Shown: positions 9,411-18,129, numbered from the stretch's first letter. The stretch is DNA of 20,000 nucleotides from an uncultured virus (IMG/VR IMGVR_UViG_3300002170_000002) (IMGVR_UViG_3300002170_000002:45786-65785), one strand, 5' to 3'. Notes: a model not told the origin generated them from the sequence alone. Numbers and translations: made by a program.

Positions 9411-10313
9411 TTATTTGTTAGGGTAGATTTCATGTGCAGCAAAATGCCTATGAATATCAATGTCTAACATCTCACCCACATCTTTGAAGGGATGGGGAGC
9501 AGATAATTTCTTTACATACTTCTTATGGGAGATGGCTTGCTGAAGTTTTTCTGCTGCCTTACTTCCAGCTTCATCATTGTCTAAACAGATATTAATTAAT
9601 CTGTGATGGGAGTTCGCAAGATACTCTTCTTGTTCTTTGCTTCCTACCCCTTGTAAAGCTATGGCTGGGTAGCCCACAGACCACAGTCTTAGGGCATCAA
9701 AATACCCTTCCACTACAGTAATTTCTTTTTCATCCCTTACTTGGTATTCCCCAAATGAAATTTTAGGTACAGAAAAATCATAAGGTGTCCTGAAATAGAA
9801 TTTCTTAGAATCGATTCTTCTAACCCCATAGCTAATCAATTGTCCAAACTGATTGACATTGGGGAAAATAACTTCTCTATCTGTTTCCACAATATAGAAT
9901 TGATTAAATACTTCTTCTGTTACTCCCCTGAGATAGCAGTAGGTTTTTTCGTAATTGAATTCTAACTTATCCCTCTCTTGAATGAACTCTTGGATAGTTT
10001 TATATTCAGGTCGGAAAAATCCTCTCTGCAATTGAGCAAAATCTTTTAGTAAGTCTAAGTTCCATCTCCCTGATTCTTGGGCTTTATAGGATTCTTTTTC
10101 TTCTACTGTTAGAAAATCTGTGATATGTCCTTTAGCTTGACAGGTAAAGCAATGATACAGTCCTGTATCTAAATGAACTCCACAGCTGGCATTCTCTTCT
10201 TTACCCTCTGCATGATGGGGGCATTTAATCATTGCATTATTAGATACAATCTTCTCTACAGTAAATTCCAGATGTTCAATTAAATCTAAGATGGAGTAGT
10301 TACTCAAGTTCAT
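9411..10313 (-). CDS. DNA primase (CHC2 Zn finger + Toprim)
   Basis: CPHH...YHCFTC Zn finger; VIFP, YGVRRI, VVEGYFDAL, ICLDNDEAG and KDVGE Toprim motifs. Confidence 0.93.
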   Translation of the reverse strand: MNLSNYSILDLIEHLEFTVEKIVSNNAMIKCPHHAEGKEENASCGVHLDTGLYHCFTCQAKGHITDFLTVEEKESYKAQESGRWNLDLLKDFAQLQRGFFRPEYKTIQEFIQERDKLEFNYEKTYCYLRGVTEEVFNQFYIVETDREVIFPNVNQFGQLISYGVRRIDSKKFYFRTPYDFSVPKISFGEYQVRDEKEITVVEGYFDALRLWSVGYPAIALQGVGSKEQEEYLANSHHRLINICLDNDEAGSKAAEKLQQAISHKKYVKKLSAPHPFKDVGEMLDIDIHRHFAAHEIYPNK

Positions 10314-10758
10314 TATCTTGCTCTCTTTCTAATCTCTCCTTCTCTTCCAATCTTTTTTGTCTTTCTTCTTTGCCTTGATAAAATTGCTGACTTAGGTCAT
10401 CAGGGATTTCTCCCCTATCTACAGCTTCTAAGAATTTATCTTCATCTCCATAGTTCTCCAATACCCATGCTTCAAATAGTAAAATTTCAAACCCACTTCT
10501 TACACAATCCCTATGGGGGCAGTGATGACAATTAAAATTGCAAGGGGGTCTTATGTCCTCTAACCCTGTAGCATAATATCTTTCTGCTTCAAATTCATTT
10601 TCAACGGTTTCAAACTGTTCTCCACATTCTACACAGTTCATAACTCTTACATAGCCTCGCCTGACAACTCTGGTACGAATTACTTTTGTATCGGGGCTGT
10701 CACAATGAGGGCACGGCATGCTCTCCCTTCTTGTTGTTTTTTTACTCTTCTTACTCAT
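10300..10758 (-). CDS. NrdR-like Zn-ribbon protein with a second Cys cluster and no ATP cone
   Basis: MPCPHCDSPDTKVIRTR...RVMNCVECGEQFETVE matches the NrdR N-terminal ribbon; followed by CNFNCHHCPHRDC. Confidence 0.65.
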   Translation of the reverse strand: MSKKSKKTTRRESMPCPHCDSPDTKVIRTRVVRRGYVRVMNCVECGEQFETVENEFEAERYYATGLEDIRPPCNFNCHHCPHRDCVRSGFEILLFEAWVLENYGDEDKFLEAVDRGEIPDDLSQQFYQGKEERQKRLEEKERLEREQDNELE

Positions 10759-12038
10759 CAGAAAATACCATCTCCATATTTCTCCCTTAGCTCTATTAAG
10801 TCTTGCTCTTCGTTCGCTCTAATATCTTCATTGGTGCTATCCCTTTTGGGAATGAATGTAAAGATACCTTTATCTGGATTCCATGCATAGCGTACAGTCT
10901 CCCCAGAAGAGCCATCACGATTCTTAATAGGGGTAATTTCCATTGCCCCATCTCTTTGTCTAATGGCTATTACTTTACTTGCATTAAAGGCAAGACCATC
11001 GCTATCTCTGATATCCTCTAATTCAGGATGTCCATCTTCATCCTTCTTCTTTGCCCCACCTCGATTAGTTTGTACGGCTACAAGTACTGGCACTTGTAAT
11101 TCTACTGATAGAGCCATCAAATCCTCTGAGATGTTGGTTAGAGTAATGGTTTTTGTATCCCCTCTGTTGTATCTCTCATCTCGAATATAGGAAACCCCAT
11201 CCATTACAATGATGTCTAACTTGTGAAACTTTGCCCATTGCTTAATCTTGGTTACTGTTACTTTGTTTCCAAAATCTCTGGGGGTGGAAACATAGAAGTG
11301 ACCTTCCTTTTCCTTCAATTCTTTGATGTATTGTTCATACCCCTCTTGTAGCTCTCCTCTAATCAATCCTGAGTTAGAGAAATTTCTATAAGCTGTATCA
11401 AATCGATATCCCACCCTCTCCCCACTCATTTCTGGAGAAATAAATCCAACTGTGTAACCCATTTCCCATGCATTGGTTAGGGTTTTGATGAGGAAGTAAG
11501 ATTTCCCTTCTCCAGTTCTTGCTGTAACTACTGCATATTCTTCTCCTTTGTGCCACCCATTAATTAGATAATCTAATTCCTTAAACCCTGAAGGAATGTA
11601 GGTGGGGTTCTCTGACCTAATCAGCAATGAGTTAAGTCTCTTCTCTGCTTCTTTAATTAGGTCATGGGAATTGATGCTGTAGGTAGGGTTAAACTTATCT
11701 AAGTTAGTTTTAAGAAAGTCTACTGCTGCATTTGAGTCATCTACAAAAAGCTTAAATGTTTTCTCTAAGACAGGTCGTAGTTCATTGTAAAGATTCTCTT
11801 CTCTAATTCTGTCTACCAGATACTGCCTTCCCTCTTTCGTTTCTACTAAAGGAAATTCAGGGAACTTTTCTAAGAAGGTTGCTTTGTCTGGAACATTATT
11901 GTATTTTTCATTGTGTTTTACAATGAATTGGTATTCTTCGTTGTGCTTAGGGAAGTATTCAGAACTAAGGTCAAAATCTTCTATGATTGAAAAATCTTTT
12001 TCATCTAATATTTTGTTTAGAATTTGAATTTCAATCAT
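10758..12038 (-). CDS. DnaB-like (SF4) replicative helicase
   Basis: IPSGFKELD, Walker A ARTGEGKS, FISPEMS, IVMDGVSY, VQTNR, DIRDSD, KNRDG. Confidence 0.95.
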   Translation of the reverse strand: MIEIQILNKILDEKDFSIIEDFDLSSEYFPKHNEEYQFIVKHNEKYNNVPDKATFLEKFPEFPLVETKEGRQYLVDRIREENLYNELRPVLEKTFKLFVDDSNAAVDFLKTNLDKFNPTYSINSHDLIKEAEKRLNSLLIRSENPTYIPSGFKELDYLINGWHKGEEYAVVTARTGEGKSYFLIKTLTNAWEMGYTVGFISPEMSGERVGYRFDTAYRNFSNSGLIRGELQEGYEQYIKELKEKEGHFYVSTPRDFGNKVTVTKIKQWAKFHKLDIIVMDGVSYIRDERYNRGDTKTITLTNISEDLMALSVELQVPVLVAVQTNRGGAKKKDEDGHPELEDIRDSDGLAFNASKVIAIRQRDGAMEITPIKNRDGSSGETVRYAWNPDKGIFTFIPKRDSTNEDIRANEEQDLIELREKYGDGIF

Positions 12039-12715
12039 CTTCTGTCACTTCCTTTCAGTTCAATGATTTCACAAGAGCCTAAGATTCTGCTGGCAAGTCT
12101 ATCCCCTAATTCATATTTTAATCTCTTGGGGTCTATGTTGCTGGTGTAGATAGATGTTTTTTTTGACAATACTCTGGAATCCACAATAGATAAGATTAGA
12201 GATAAATCATACCCATCTATTTTTAATTTATTTGCCCCAATATCATCAAATACTACTACATCTAAATTAGCTAAACCTTCTTTCAACCCACTCATATCTT
12301 CTTTAGAGTTAAAGCTATCGTGGATTTGATTAATCAGAAGAGGCACATGAATGAAATACCCCCTCTTAACTAATCCATTTCCTGCCCAGATAGAATCAAA
12401 ATAACGAAGGAGCATCTTAATTGCAATGGATGTTTTCCCTGTACCTGTAGTCTTTCCCCAGATATAAATGTTATCACCATTTTTTACATGGTCTACAATA
12501 TTCTCTCTCCACTCATTAGCTTTCTTGTAAGCTTCTACATCAATCTTATCTGGGTATATGGGGTTGTTTGTGTATCTGGATTCTGGTATCCCTGAGTTAT
12601 CTAAGAGATACATCATCTCCAAATACCTTACACATCCTTGGTTGCATTCTTCTTTCTGCCCATAGAAGGGGCAAACTGATTTATACACACATCTTTCTCT
12701 GTCAAAAGGTTTAAT
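12035..12715 (-). CDS. DnaC/IstB-like AAA+ helicase loader; start probably ATT at 12715, not GTG at 12688
   Basis: Walker A GKTTGTGKT, Walker B VVFDDIG, IYTSN, GDRLASRI, LKGSDRR; N-terminal Cys cluster; AAGGAG 9 nt upstream of an in-frame ATT. Confidence 0.9.
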   Translation of the reverse strand: MKPFDRERCVYKSVCPFYGQKEECNQGCVRYLEMMYLLDNSGIPESRYTNNPIYPDKIDVEAYKKANEWRENIVDHVKNGDNIYIWGKTTGTGKTSIAIKMLLRYFDSIWAGNGLVKRGYFIHVPLLINQIHDSFNSKEDMSGLKEGLANLDVVVFDDIGANKLKIDGYDLSLILSIVDSRVLSKKTSIYTSNIDPKRLKYELGDRLASRILGSCEIIELKGSDRR

Positions 12716-12753
12716 GACTCATCACTCCTTCCTTTCGTTGTGACAGAAATATC

Positions 12754-13104
12754 TTACTGGTTGCCCTCCATTTCTTCATAGGCATCCATAATATCATAAG
12801 CTATTTGAGCTATGGTGTTGATAGCATACATTGCTTCATCTCGAGTTTTACATCCCATGCTCAAGTTAATTTCAAGTTTACTTCCACATAAGAAATAAAA
12901 TCTGGCTTCCCTTTGCTCTCCTTCTTCTTCCATTTGTAGAATGTGCTTCACACACTCATCAATATCTTCCACCACAGTCATCATATCCTTTACTTTGCGA
13001 AGGTTTTTGGAGTCGAAAAATTGCTCACTCGTATATATCTCTGCAAAAAAGATAACTGGGGTATCACCATTCATTCCATACAGGTGTAACTTTTGGTTGT
13101 CCAT
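12754..13104 (-). CDS. hypothetical protein (116 aa)
   Basis: AGGAG RBS, co-oriented. Confidence 0.8.
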   Translation of the reverse strand: MDNQKLHLYGMNGDTPVIFFAEIYTSEQFFDSKNLRKVKDMMTVVEDIDECVKHILQMEEEGEQREARFYFLCGSKLEINLSMGCKTRDEAMYAINTIAQIAYDIMDAYEEMEGNQ

Positions 13105-13117
13105 TTTTTTCTCCTCT

Positions 13118-13414
13118 CTAATAGTCTGTATCTTCTACTACGTGTCTTGGTATGCAATCATCTTCTGTGCAATAGTTTCCCGGGATTCTTTTTTCAATCT
13201 CTAAATAGGGGATAAAGAGCTGATTATTCTCCAAGATTAGTTCTTTAACTTTCGCCTGTCCATCCTCTCTTACATACATTTTCATTTGTGTATTCCATCT
13301 GTACCCTAAAGAGTACAGATATTGACTTGCATCCATTTCTGTTAGATAGGCTCTATGCTCCACATGACCTTCTTTGTTGCCCTTCTCATAGCAAATAACT
13401 ACATAGATGTTCAT
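13118..13414 (-). CDS. hypothetical protein (98 aa)
   Basis: AGGAGG and AAGGA upstream; first gene after the 13510 promoter. Confidence 0.8.
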   Translation of the reverse strand: MNIYVVICYEKGNKEGHVEHRAYLTEMDASQYLYSLGYRWNTQMKMYVREDGQAKVKELILENNQLFIPYLEIEKRIPGNYCTEDDCIPRHVVEDTDY

Positions 13415-13481
13415 TCCTTTTATTTTTTTTCCTCCTACATTTATTCAGCAAGGAGGGAGTCACCCTCCTCACTGTATCTAT

Positions 13482-13510
13482 ACTGTACCACATATTTTCT
13501 CTCTTGTCAA
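13482..13510 (-). promoter_or_regulatory. sigmaA-type promoter with extended -10, followed by a 5' hairpin (13451-13469)
   Basis: TTGACA-17 nt (ending ATATGTGG)-TACAGT; the hairpin reads AGGAGGG-TGACT-CCCTCCT on the minus strand. Confidence 0.85.
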
Positions 13511-13516
13511 GTTTTT

Positions 13517-15865
13517 TCACCTGACAGGGCATACTCCAGATGCACATTCAGGGTCAGACTCTATATCCAGTTCTAAATCTTCAAACTCCTCTTCATTCTT
13601 TTCATACTTCTGAATTAGGTTGGGGTTAAAAGGTTTCAGTCCTTTCTTCATCTCTTTATATTCTTCTTCTGAGATAGCTTCATAAGGCATGAGCTGGTAG
13701 AATCCTCCATCATCTGGTAAGAAGGAAATACCCACATAACTATCCCAATTATTCCATAGCCATTCCTCTACATCATCCCACTCATCTGGTTTTACAGTCA
13801 CAGTGATGGATGTATTTTGGTCTGTGTAGAAATCTTGGAACATCTTATAGGTTTCTAATTGCTCTACAGCTGTGAAGGAAGATTTGGTTCTGGTCACCCC
13901 ACTTTCCACAGGGAATTCTACTACTTTGGTATTTACATTTTCCCCTTCTTGCCCTACTTCATTCTTAACTACCCAACCCAATTCCTCACAAACTTTGACA
14001 AGAGGGTCAGCTGCGGAAATTCTGATTCTTCTGATAAAGAATGGGGCATGAGATGCATGAACTCCCGGGCTTACCCCTCCAAAAATCAAGCCTAAAGTAC
14101 CATTGGGGGCTACAGTGGTTACATTGGTGGATTCATTTAGGTTGTGGGTCTTGGCAATCTCTTTGTTAGCTTTATGAGCTACTTCTCTAAGGGAAGAGAG
14201 AATCTTTTCTTGTTCCTCTTTTGTAATATTCGTTCGCTCTACAAAATCTTTCCATCCAGTGATTCCACATCCAGTGAGTCTGTGTTCTTTTTGTACCCTA
14301 TCCCATGTGGGTAGTTCAAGGTCTACCAACGTCATTCTATACCCAGCTCTGGCTGATAGTTCTTGTGCCCTCTTAATCTTCTCTAAGTCATAACTTCCTT
14401 TCTCATCTACAAAAGAAGAGATATTTAGGGAGGTGAGGTTGCAGCATTGTCTGGACTTCAATAAAATTTCTCCACAAGCGTTGGTTCCAGCAAACTCAGG
14501 GAATCTTTTTCTGGCTGCTTCTCCATTAATGATTCCCGGCTCTGCTGACAGTACCATAGTTTGGATAATGTCTTTTAGTTTTTCTCTGGTAGGTTTCTCA
14601 TCAAATATAATACTGTTGTTTGACATCATTCTATGCAGTAGTTCTTCATTGGCTTTCCATTCCCCTTTCTTTTCATCTACCACATAGATATTATCTTTGG
14701 CATGAATCATTTCTTCATCATCTGGGTCAATAAAAGATATGCAAGCACTTCTTCTTACTGCTCCTGATACTACATTTTCTGCAATGGAAGTACAAATATC
14801 CAGTACATCAATGGGTTTTAATTTCCCCCCACTTTTAGTAATGACTTTGTGAATCTTGTTGAACATCTTTTGGAGAGGCTCACTTCCACTGGCAAATCCA
14901 CCAAACTTCATTAGTCTTTCTCCAGCAGGTCTTACATAATCATAGTCAATGATAAGGGTGTCAATAATTTTGTAAGCGTGCTGGGTATGAATTTCCATGA
15001 AGAAATCTAAGGCTTTGTGGAATCCTTCTTTGCTATCACCAATGGTTAAGGTGGCTACATTCTTATCTACAGTAAGCTGTGTGACATCTTCTCTGTCTTT
15101 CTTTTCTACAAAAGTCCATTGCTTATTCACCAAAGAAATGTCTGTGCGGAACTCTGGTAGTTTGTTTACGTATTTCTTTTGTGCCCCAATACCAATCCCC
15201 ACTCCCAACATGAGAACATAGAACATCTCTCCAAAAATATAGATATCGTCTACTGCTGTAAAAGAGCAGTTGAAGTTTTGTAAGGAAGATATTTTGGAGA
15301 CTGGGCTCCCACCTGTGAATAGAGTTCTCCCACTAAGCTGTTGTCTACCATGATAAATGTTGTCAAACAATTCTTCTGCTTCTTCTTTTGTGCTGTAGGG
15401 AGAAAGGCTAATATTATAATCGACTGCTCTGGCAATGGATTCCCAGAATCTTTCTCTTCTCCCCTCTTCAGGAAGGTATCTACTATACGTCCTGTAGAAG
15501 GTGAAGCTTGCTATTTCATTGAGGGGGTCAGGAAGATGTTTATACTTGCTAAGAAACTCTTCACTAAGAAATTTGTATTTCCTTTCCTTCCCCGCTTTTC
15601 TTAATCGATTCTTTTTAGAACGATACTCAATATAGTTCTTGGCTGTTTTGTAGAATCCTCCTGCCATTAACTTCTGCTCTACGAAGTCATGGATGTCATT
15701 AACGGAAGGTAAGCCCATTTCTTTGCAATCTTTCTCTACTTCTTTGGCAATTCCTTTTATTTTGTCGGCATCTATCTCTTCTACATCTGCTGAAATGATG
15801 GCATTTACAATTTTATCTTTGTCAAACTTTTCGGTCTTTCCATTTCTTTTTAGTACTTCTAACAC
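13517..15865 (-). CDS. nrdJ: class II (adenosylcobalamin-dependent, monomeric RTPR-type) ribonucleotide reductase with N-terminal ATP cone
   Basis: ATP cone VLKRNGKTEKFDKDKI...YIEYR; FYRTYSR, NFNCSF, VRPAGERLMKFGG, VRRSA, GTNACGEI, CNL, TTVAPNGT; C-terminal CASGVCP redox pair; no beta subunit gene. Confidence 0.93.
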   Translation of the reverse strand: MLEVLKRNGKTEKFDKDKIVNAIISADVEEIDADKIKGIAKEVEKDCKEMGLPSVNDIHDFVEQKLMAGGFYKTAKNYIEYRSKKNRLRKAGKERKYKFLSEEFLSKYKHLPDPLNEIASFTFYRTYSRYLPEEGRRERFWESIARAVDYNISLSPYSTKEEAEELFDNIYHGRQQLSGRTLFTGGSPVSKISSLQNFNCSFTAVDDIYIFGEMFYVLMLGVGIGIGAQKKYVNKLPEFRTDISLVNKQWTFVEKKDREDVTQLTVDKNVATLTIGDSKEGFHKALDFFMEIHTQHAYKIIDTLIIDYDYVRPAGERLMKFGGFASGSEPLQKMFNKIHKVITKSGGKLKPIDVLDICTSIAENVVSGAVRRSACISFIDPDDEEMIHAKDNIYVVDEKKGEWKANEELLHRMMSNNSIIFDEKPTREKLKDIIQTMVLSAEPGIINGEAARKRFPEFAGTNACGEILLKSRQCCNLTSLNISSFVDEKGSYDLEKIKRAQELSARAGYRMTLVDLELPTWDRVQKEHRLTGCGITGWKDFVERTNITKEEQEKILSSLREVAHKANKEIAKTHNLNESTNVTTVAPNGTLGLIFGGVSPGVHASHAPFFIRRIRISAADPLVKVCEELGWVVKNEVGQEGENVNTKVVEFPVESGVTRTKSSFTAVEQLETYKMFQDFYTDQNTSITVTVKPDEWDDVEEWLWNNWDSYVGISFLPDDGGFYQLMPYEAISEEEYKEMKKGLKPFNPNLIQKYEKNEEEFEDLELDIESDPECASGVCPVR

Positions 15866-15916
15866 CCTACCAACTCCTTTAATAATTTAGTGATAATTTT
15901 TTATTGCCCCTATTAG

Positions 15917-15955
15917 ATAGCAAAAGGAACCCCCGTTAAGGGATTCCTCTGCTAT
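15917..15955 (-). terminator. stem-loop, probable intrinsic terminator upstream of nrdJ
   Basis: Minus strand ATAGCAGAGGAATCCC...GGGGTTCCTTTTGCTAT is an imperfect inverted repeat with G-U pairs, just after the stop at 15970. Confidence 0.6.
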
Positions 15956-15969
15956 TTCTACTATTCTCC

Positions 15970-16494
15970 CTACAGTTCTGGGAGACCTTCTGCTACATCA
16001 CTTTCTTCTGTGTTGTTTTCTTCTTCTATGTTGTTTTCTTCTTCTGGGTTTGGAGGAAACTCCTCTTCGCCCATCATATCTCTAATTTCTTGTGCGGTAT
16101 TTTCGTCTACCATCTCATCTTCTGGTTCTCCTTCCTCGTCAAACCCTTCAATCTGGTTCGCAAGTCTCTGCATCACTTCAAATCCGTTTAGACCATCTGG
16201 GAAAATTTCTTCTACTGTCTTTTCTCCTCCCACATTCTTCTTAGCAAACTTGCATAGCTCATGGATATTGATATCTCTGGTCTGCATCTGGAGCAAGTTT
16301 CTAAAGGACATGAGGAGAACCTTGGCTACACTCTCTGTCATTCCTGAAGCCATTCTGTGGGTACCGTTCTCTGTTATTACATCCAAACAGTATCTGCCTT
16401 CATCCCTATCAACTCTGATGCAATGAATCTTTTCTGCAATAACTACAAACTCATGGTTGTAGGAAGTGATATAGGTTTTCATTTCTTCTCCCAT
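15970..16494 (-). CDS. hypothetical protein with acidic low-complexity C-terminus
   Basis: Globular N-terminal half, EEENN-repeat tail; start at 16494 or at the second ATG after GGAG. Confidence 0.8.
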   Translation of the reverse strand: MGEEMKTYITSYNHEFVVIAEKIHCIRVDRDEGRYCLDVITENGTHRMASGMTESVAKVLLMSFRNLLQMQTRDINIHELCKFAKKNVGGEKTVEEIFPDGLNGFEVMQRLANQIEGFDEEGEPEDEMVDENTAQEIRDMMGEEEFPPNPEEENNIEEENNTEESDVAEGLPEL

Positions 16495-16496
16495 CT

Positions 16497-16691
16497 CTAC
16501 ACCGTTCCCAGTTTGTCAGAATGTACCTTCATGACTTCTTTTACTACTCGAGAAGTAACTTCTTCAATCACTTCTTTCAGATTGTCTTTATCTTCTACTA
16601 CTACAACTTCTTTGTATTCAGCTCCAAAATAATCCTGATTATTCTTTAGTGTAATTTTTGTGCTGAACTCTAACTCTTTTACCTTTGCCAC
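16497..16691 (-). CDS. hypothetical protein (64 aa; start re-called to GTG at 16691)
   Basis: AGGAG RBS precedes GTG GCA AAG; the track start at 16745 lies inside the promoter. Confidence 0.7.
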   Translation of the reverse strand: MAKVKELEFSTKITLKNNQDYFGAEYKEVVVVEDKDNLKEVIEEVTSRVVKEVMKVHSDKLGTV

Positions 16692-16735
16692 TATTTTCTC
16701 TCCTCTCTTTCTTCTGTATTTCTTACGGTGTACAT

Positions 16736-16777
16736 AGTGTATCACATATTTTATCTTTTGTCAACTTTAAGTGGTGT
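16736..16777 (-). promoter_or_regulatory. sigmaA-type promoter with upstream ACACCACT box
   Basis: ACACCACT-taaag-TTGACA-17 nt (ending ATATGTGA)-TACACT. Confidence 0.8.
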
Positions 16778-16806
16778 GCTTGTACTTTACAATATTTTAC
16801 AGCTGT

Positions 16807-17289
16807 CTAATGAATTCCTAAGCGGTTCAGTCTCTTTATCTTTTCCTCCTTCTCTGGGTCATCTGTCTTGATATCAAACACTCCTCTCTTTAACCACTTC
16901 CTAAATTTCACTATCATGTGAACTTGGTCTCTTCTAAACCATCTTCCTTTGATTCCTTTAGCATCATAGTTCCTGTAATAGAAGGGGAGCTGGGGAGTGG
17001 TCTCAGGTTTCCAATACTCGGGGTTCTCGTACCAGTTATAGTAATGCTTGAACCTTGTCATAGAGATTCCTGTTAGATTGGGGATGTGCCAGTGAGCGAT
17101 AATAGGGAAACCAATTCTGGGTACTCTCTTATTCATCTCCATCCACTCAATTAGAACCTGATAATCTAAGGGTAAATCTGTATAGGGTCTTTCTAAGGAT
17201 TGATTGATGACTGTATGGCTTACTGTTTTCTTTCCCTCCACTTCATCTATCAAATTCCGTAGAAACTTCTTTACTAATTCATTCTCCAT
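16807..17289 (-). CDS. putative MerR/Xis-like winged-HTH DNA-binding protein
   Basis: IPNLTGISMTRFKHYYNW...LPFYYR...GRWFRRDQVHMIVKF resembles the MerR-type HTH plus wing; AGGAGG RBS. Confidence 0.5.
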   Translation of the reverse strand: MENELVKKFLRNLIDEVEGKKTVSHTVINQSLERPYTDLPLDYQVLIEWMEMNKRVPRIGFPIIAHWHIPNLTGISMTRFKHYYNWYENPEYWKPETTPQLPFYYRNYDAKGIKGRWFRRDQVHMIVKFRKWLKRGVFDIKTDDPEKEEKIKRLNRLGIH

Positions 17290-17313
17290 CTCCGTTCCTC
17301 CTTTTCTGCTTAT

Positions 17314-17356
17314 AGTATACCATATCTATTTAGGAAATGCAACCCTAAAAGTGGTG
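17314..17356 (-). promoter_or_regulatory. sigmaA-type promoter for the replication module, with upstream CACCACT box
   Basis: CACCACT-7 nt-TTGCAT-17 nt-TATACT. Confidence 0.8.
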
Positions 17357-17373
17357 GCTGAGTATTTTCTTTT

Positions 17374-17416
17374 ACACCACTTCTAAATTGCTTTTCAGTT
17401 TATTTGTTTGTATAAT
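17374..17416 (+). promoter_or_regulatory. divergent sigmaA-type promoter with upstream ACACCACT box
   Basis: ACACCACT-tctaaa-TTGCTT-17 nt-TATAAT. Confidence 0.75.
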
Positions 17417-17421
17417 AAAGG

Positions 17422-17603
17422 CAAGGTAGCAAGGAGTGGAATGTTAAAGACCCACTAACACCTACGGGAATATTCGGAACATATTCTAAACACAACTAAT
17501 CAAGGGATTTCGCATACTGTCCACAAACCTTAAAGAAGTTTGTGGATGAGAGGACTGCTCCTTGCTTACCTACTCTTGAGGTTCTCGATGAGCCTCTTTT
17601 TTT
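17422..17603 (+). ncRNA. putative structured small RNA (about 180 nt), family not recognised
   Basis: Bounded by a promoter and an intrinsic terminator; 5' AGGTAGCAAGGAG pairs with 3' CTCCTTGCTTACCT; internal hairpins; no long ORF. Confidence 0.6.
17578..17603 (+). terminator. Rho-independent terminator
   Basis: GAGGTTC-TCGAT-GAGCCTC followed by T7. Confidence 0.8.
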
Positions 17604-17898
17604 ATACCTTGAATCAATTATATATTTATACATAAGTATGAATAATTATATCACTTTATTATAAGTTTTTATTTTCTTGTGTGCATCTGTGTGTACATAA
17701 GGGTAAATGTAAAAACGTGAAGAGCTTAGATTTCAACGTTTAGTGATAAAAGCACTTTAGTCGGGTGGGGTGAATAAAATTCATTTCGCTATTTTTCAAC
17801 GTTTCTTATTTTTTAGGGTATTTTTAATTGTAGATAGTGTAGTCTATACAAGTAATGATAAAAGCTCACAAATGGCTTGATTTCAATGGTTACAGCAA

Positions 17899-17941
17899 AC
17901 ACCACTATAAAATTGACAAAACCCATTTTTGACTGTATAAT
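17899..17941 (+). promoter_or_regulatory. perfect-consensus sigmaA promoter with upstream ACACCACT box and no downstream gene
   Basis: ACACCACT-ataaaa-TTGACA-17 nt-TATAAT. Confidence 0.8.
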
Positions 17942-18056
17942 AAAGACACCCCGAAGGGAAAACACCCACCCGTAGGGTGGGATATAAATCTACCGCTGTA
18001 TTTAATAACTACTAAAACTATATAGCTGTTATTTACTGTGATATTTTTAGATGATA

Positions 18057-18106
18057 AAGTTATCCACAAATGTTAATGTATATGTTGATAACTTTGTGGA
18101 TAACTT
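18057..18106. promoter_or_regulatory. DnaA-box cluster, candidate replication origin element
   Basis: TTATCCACA 18060-18068, TGTTGATAA 18083-18091 (1 mismatch), TGTGGATAA 18095-18103; the outer pair forms a 14-bp inverted repeat. Confidence 0.7.
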
Positions 18107-18129
18107 AGGGGAATGAAGGATAACTACTA

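Noticed and set aside
5533..15865. Introns or inteins in polA, the helicase or nrdJ
   Set aside because: ORFs are continuous and of normal length, with no intein splice motifs or homing endonuclease domains
16692..16745. N-terminal extension of the 16497 ORF given in the track
   Set aside because: It starts within the promoter -10 region; the RBS supports GTG at 16691
17422..17603. Retron msr-msd, 6S RNA, tRNA or hammerhead identity for the ncRNA
   Set aside because: No reverse transcriptase in the window; branched rather than rod-like fold; no T-loop or CCA; no CUGAUGA/GAAA core
17903..17918. NrdR box-like CACTATAAAATTG (and CACACTATAATATTTG near 9380-9393)
   Set aside because: Spacing and palindrome do not fit the 16-bp NrdR consensus, they are not tandem, and none lies upstream of nrdJ
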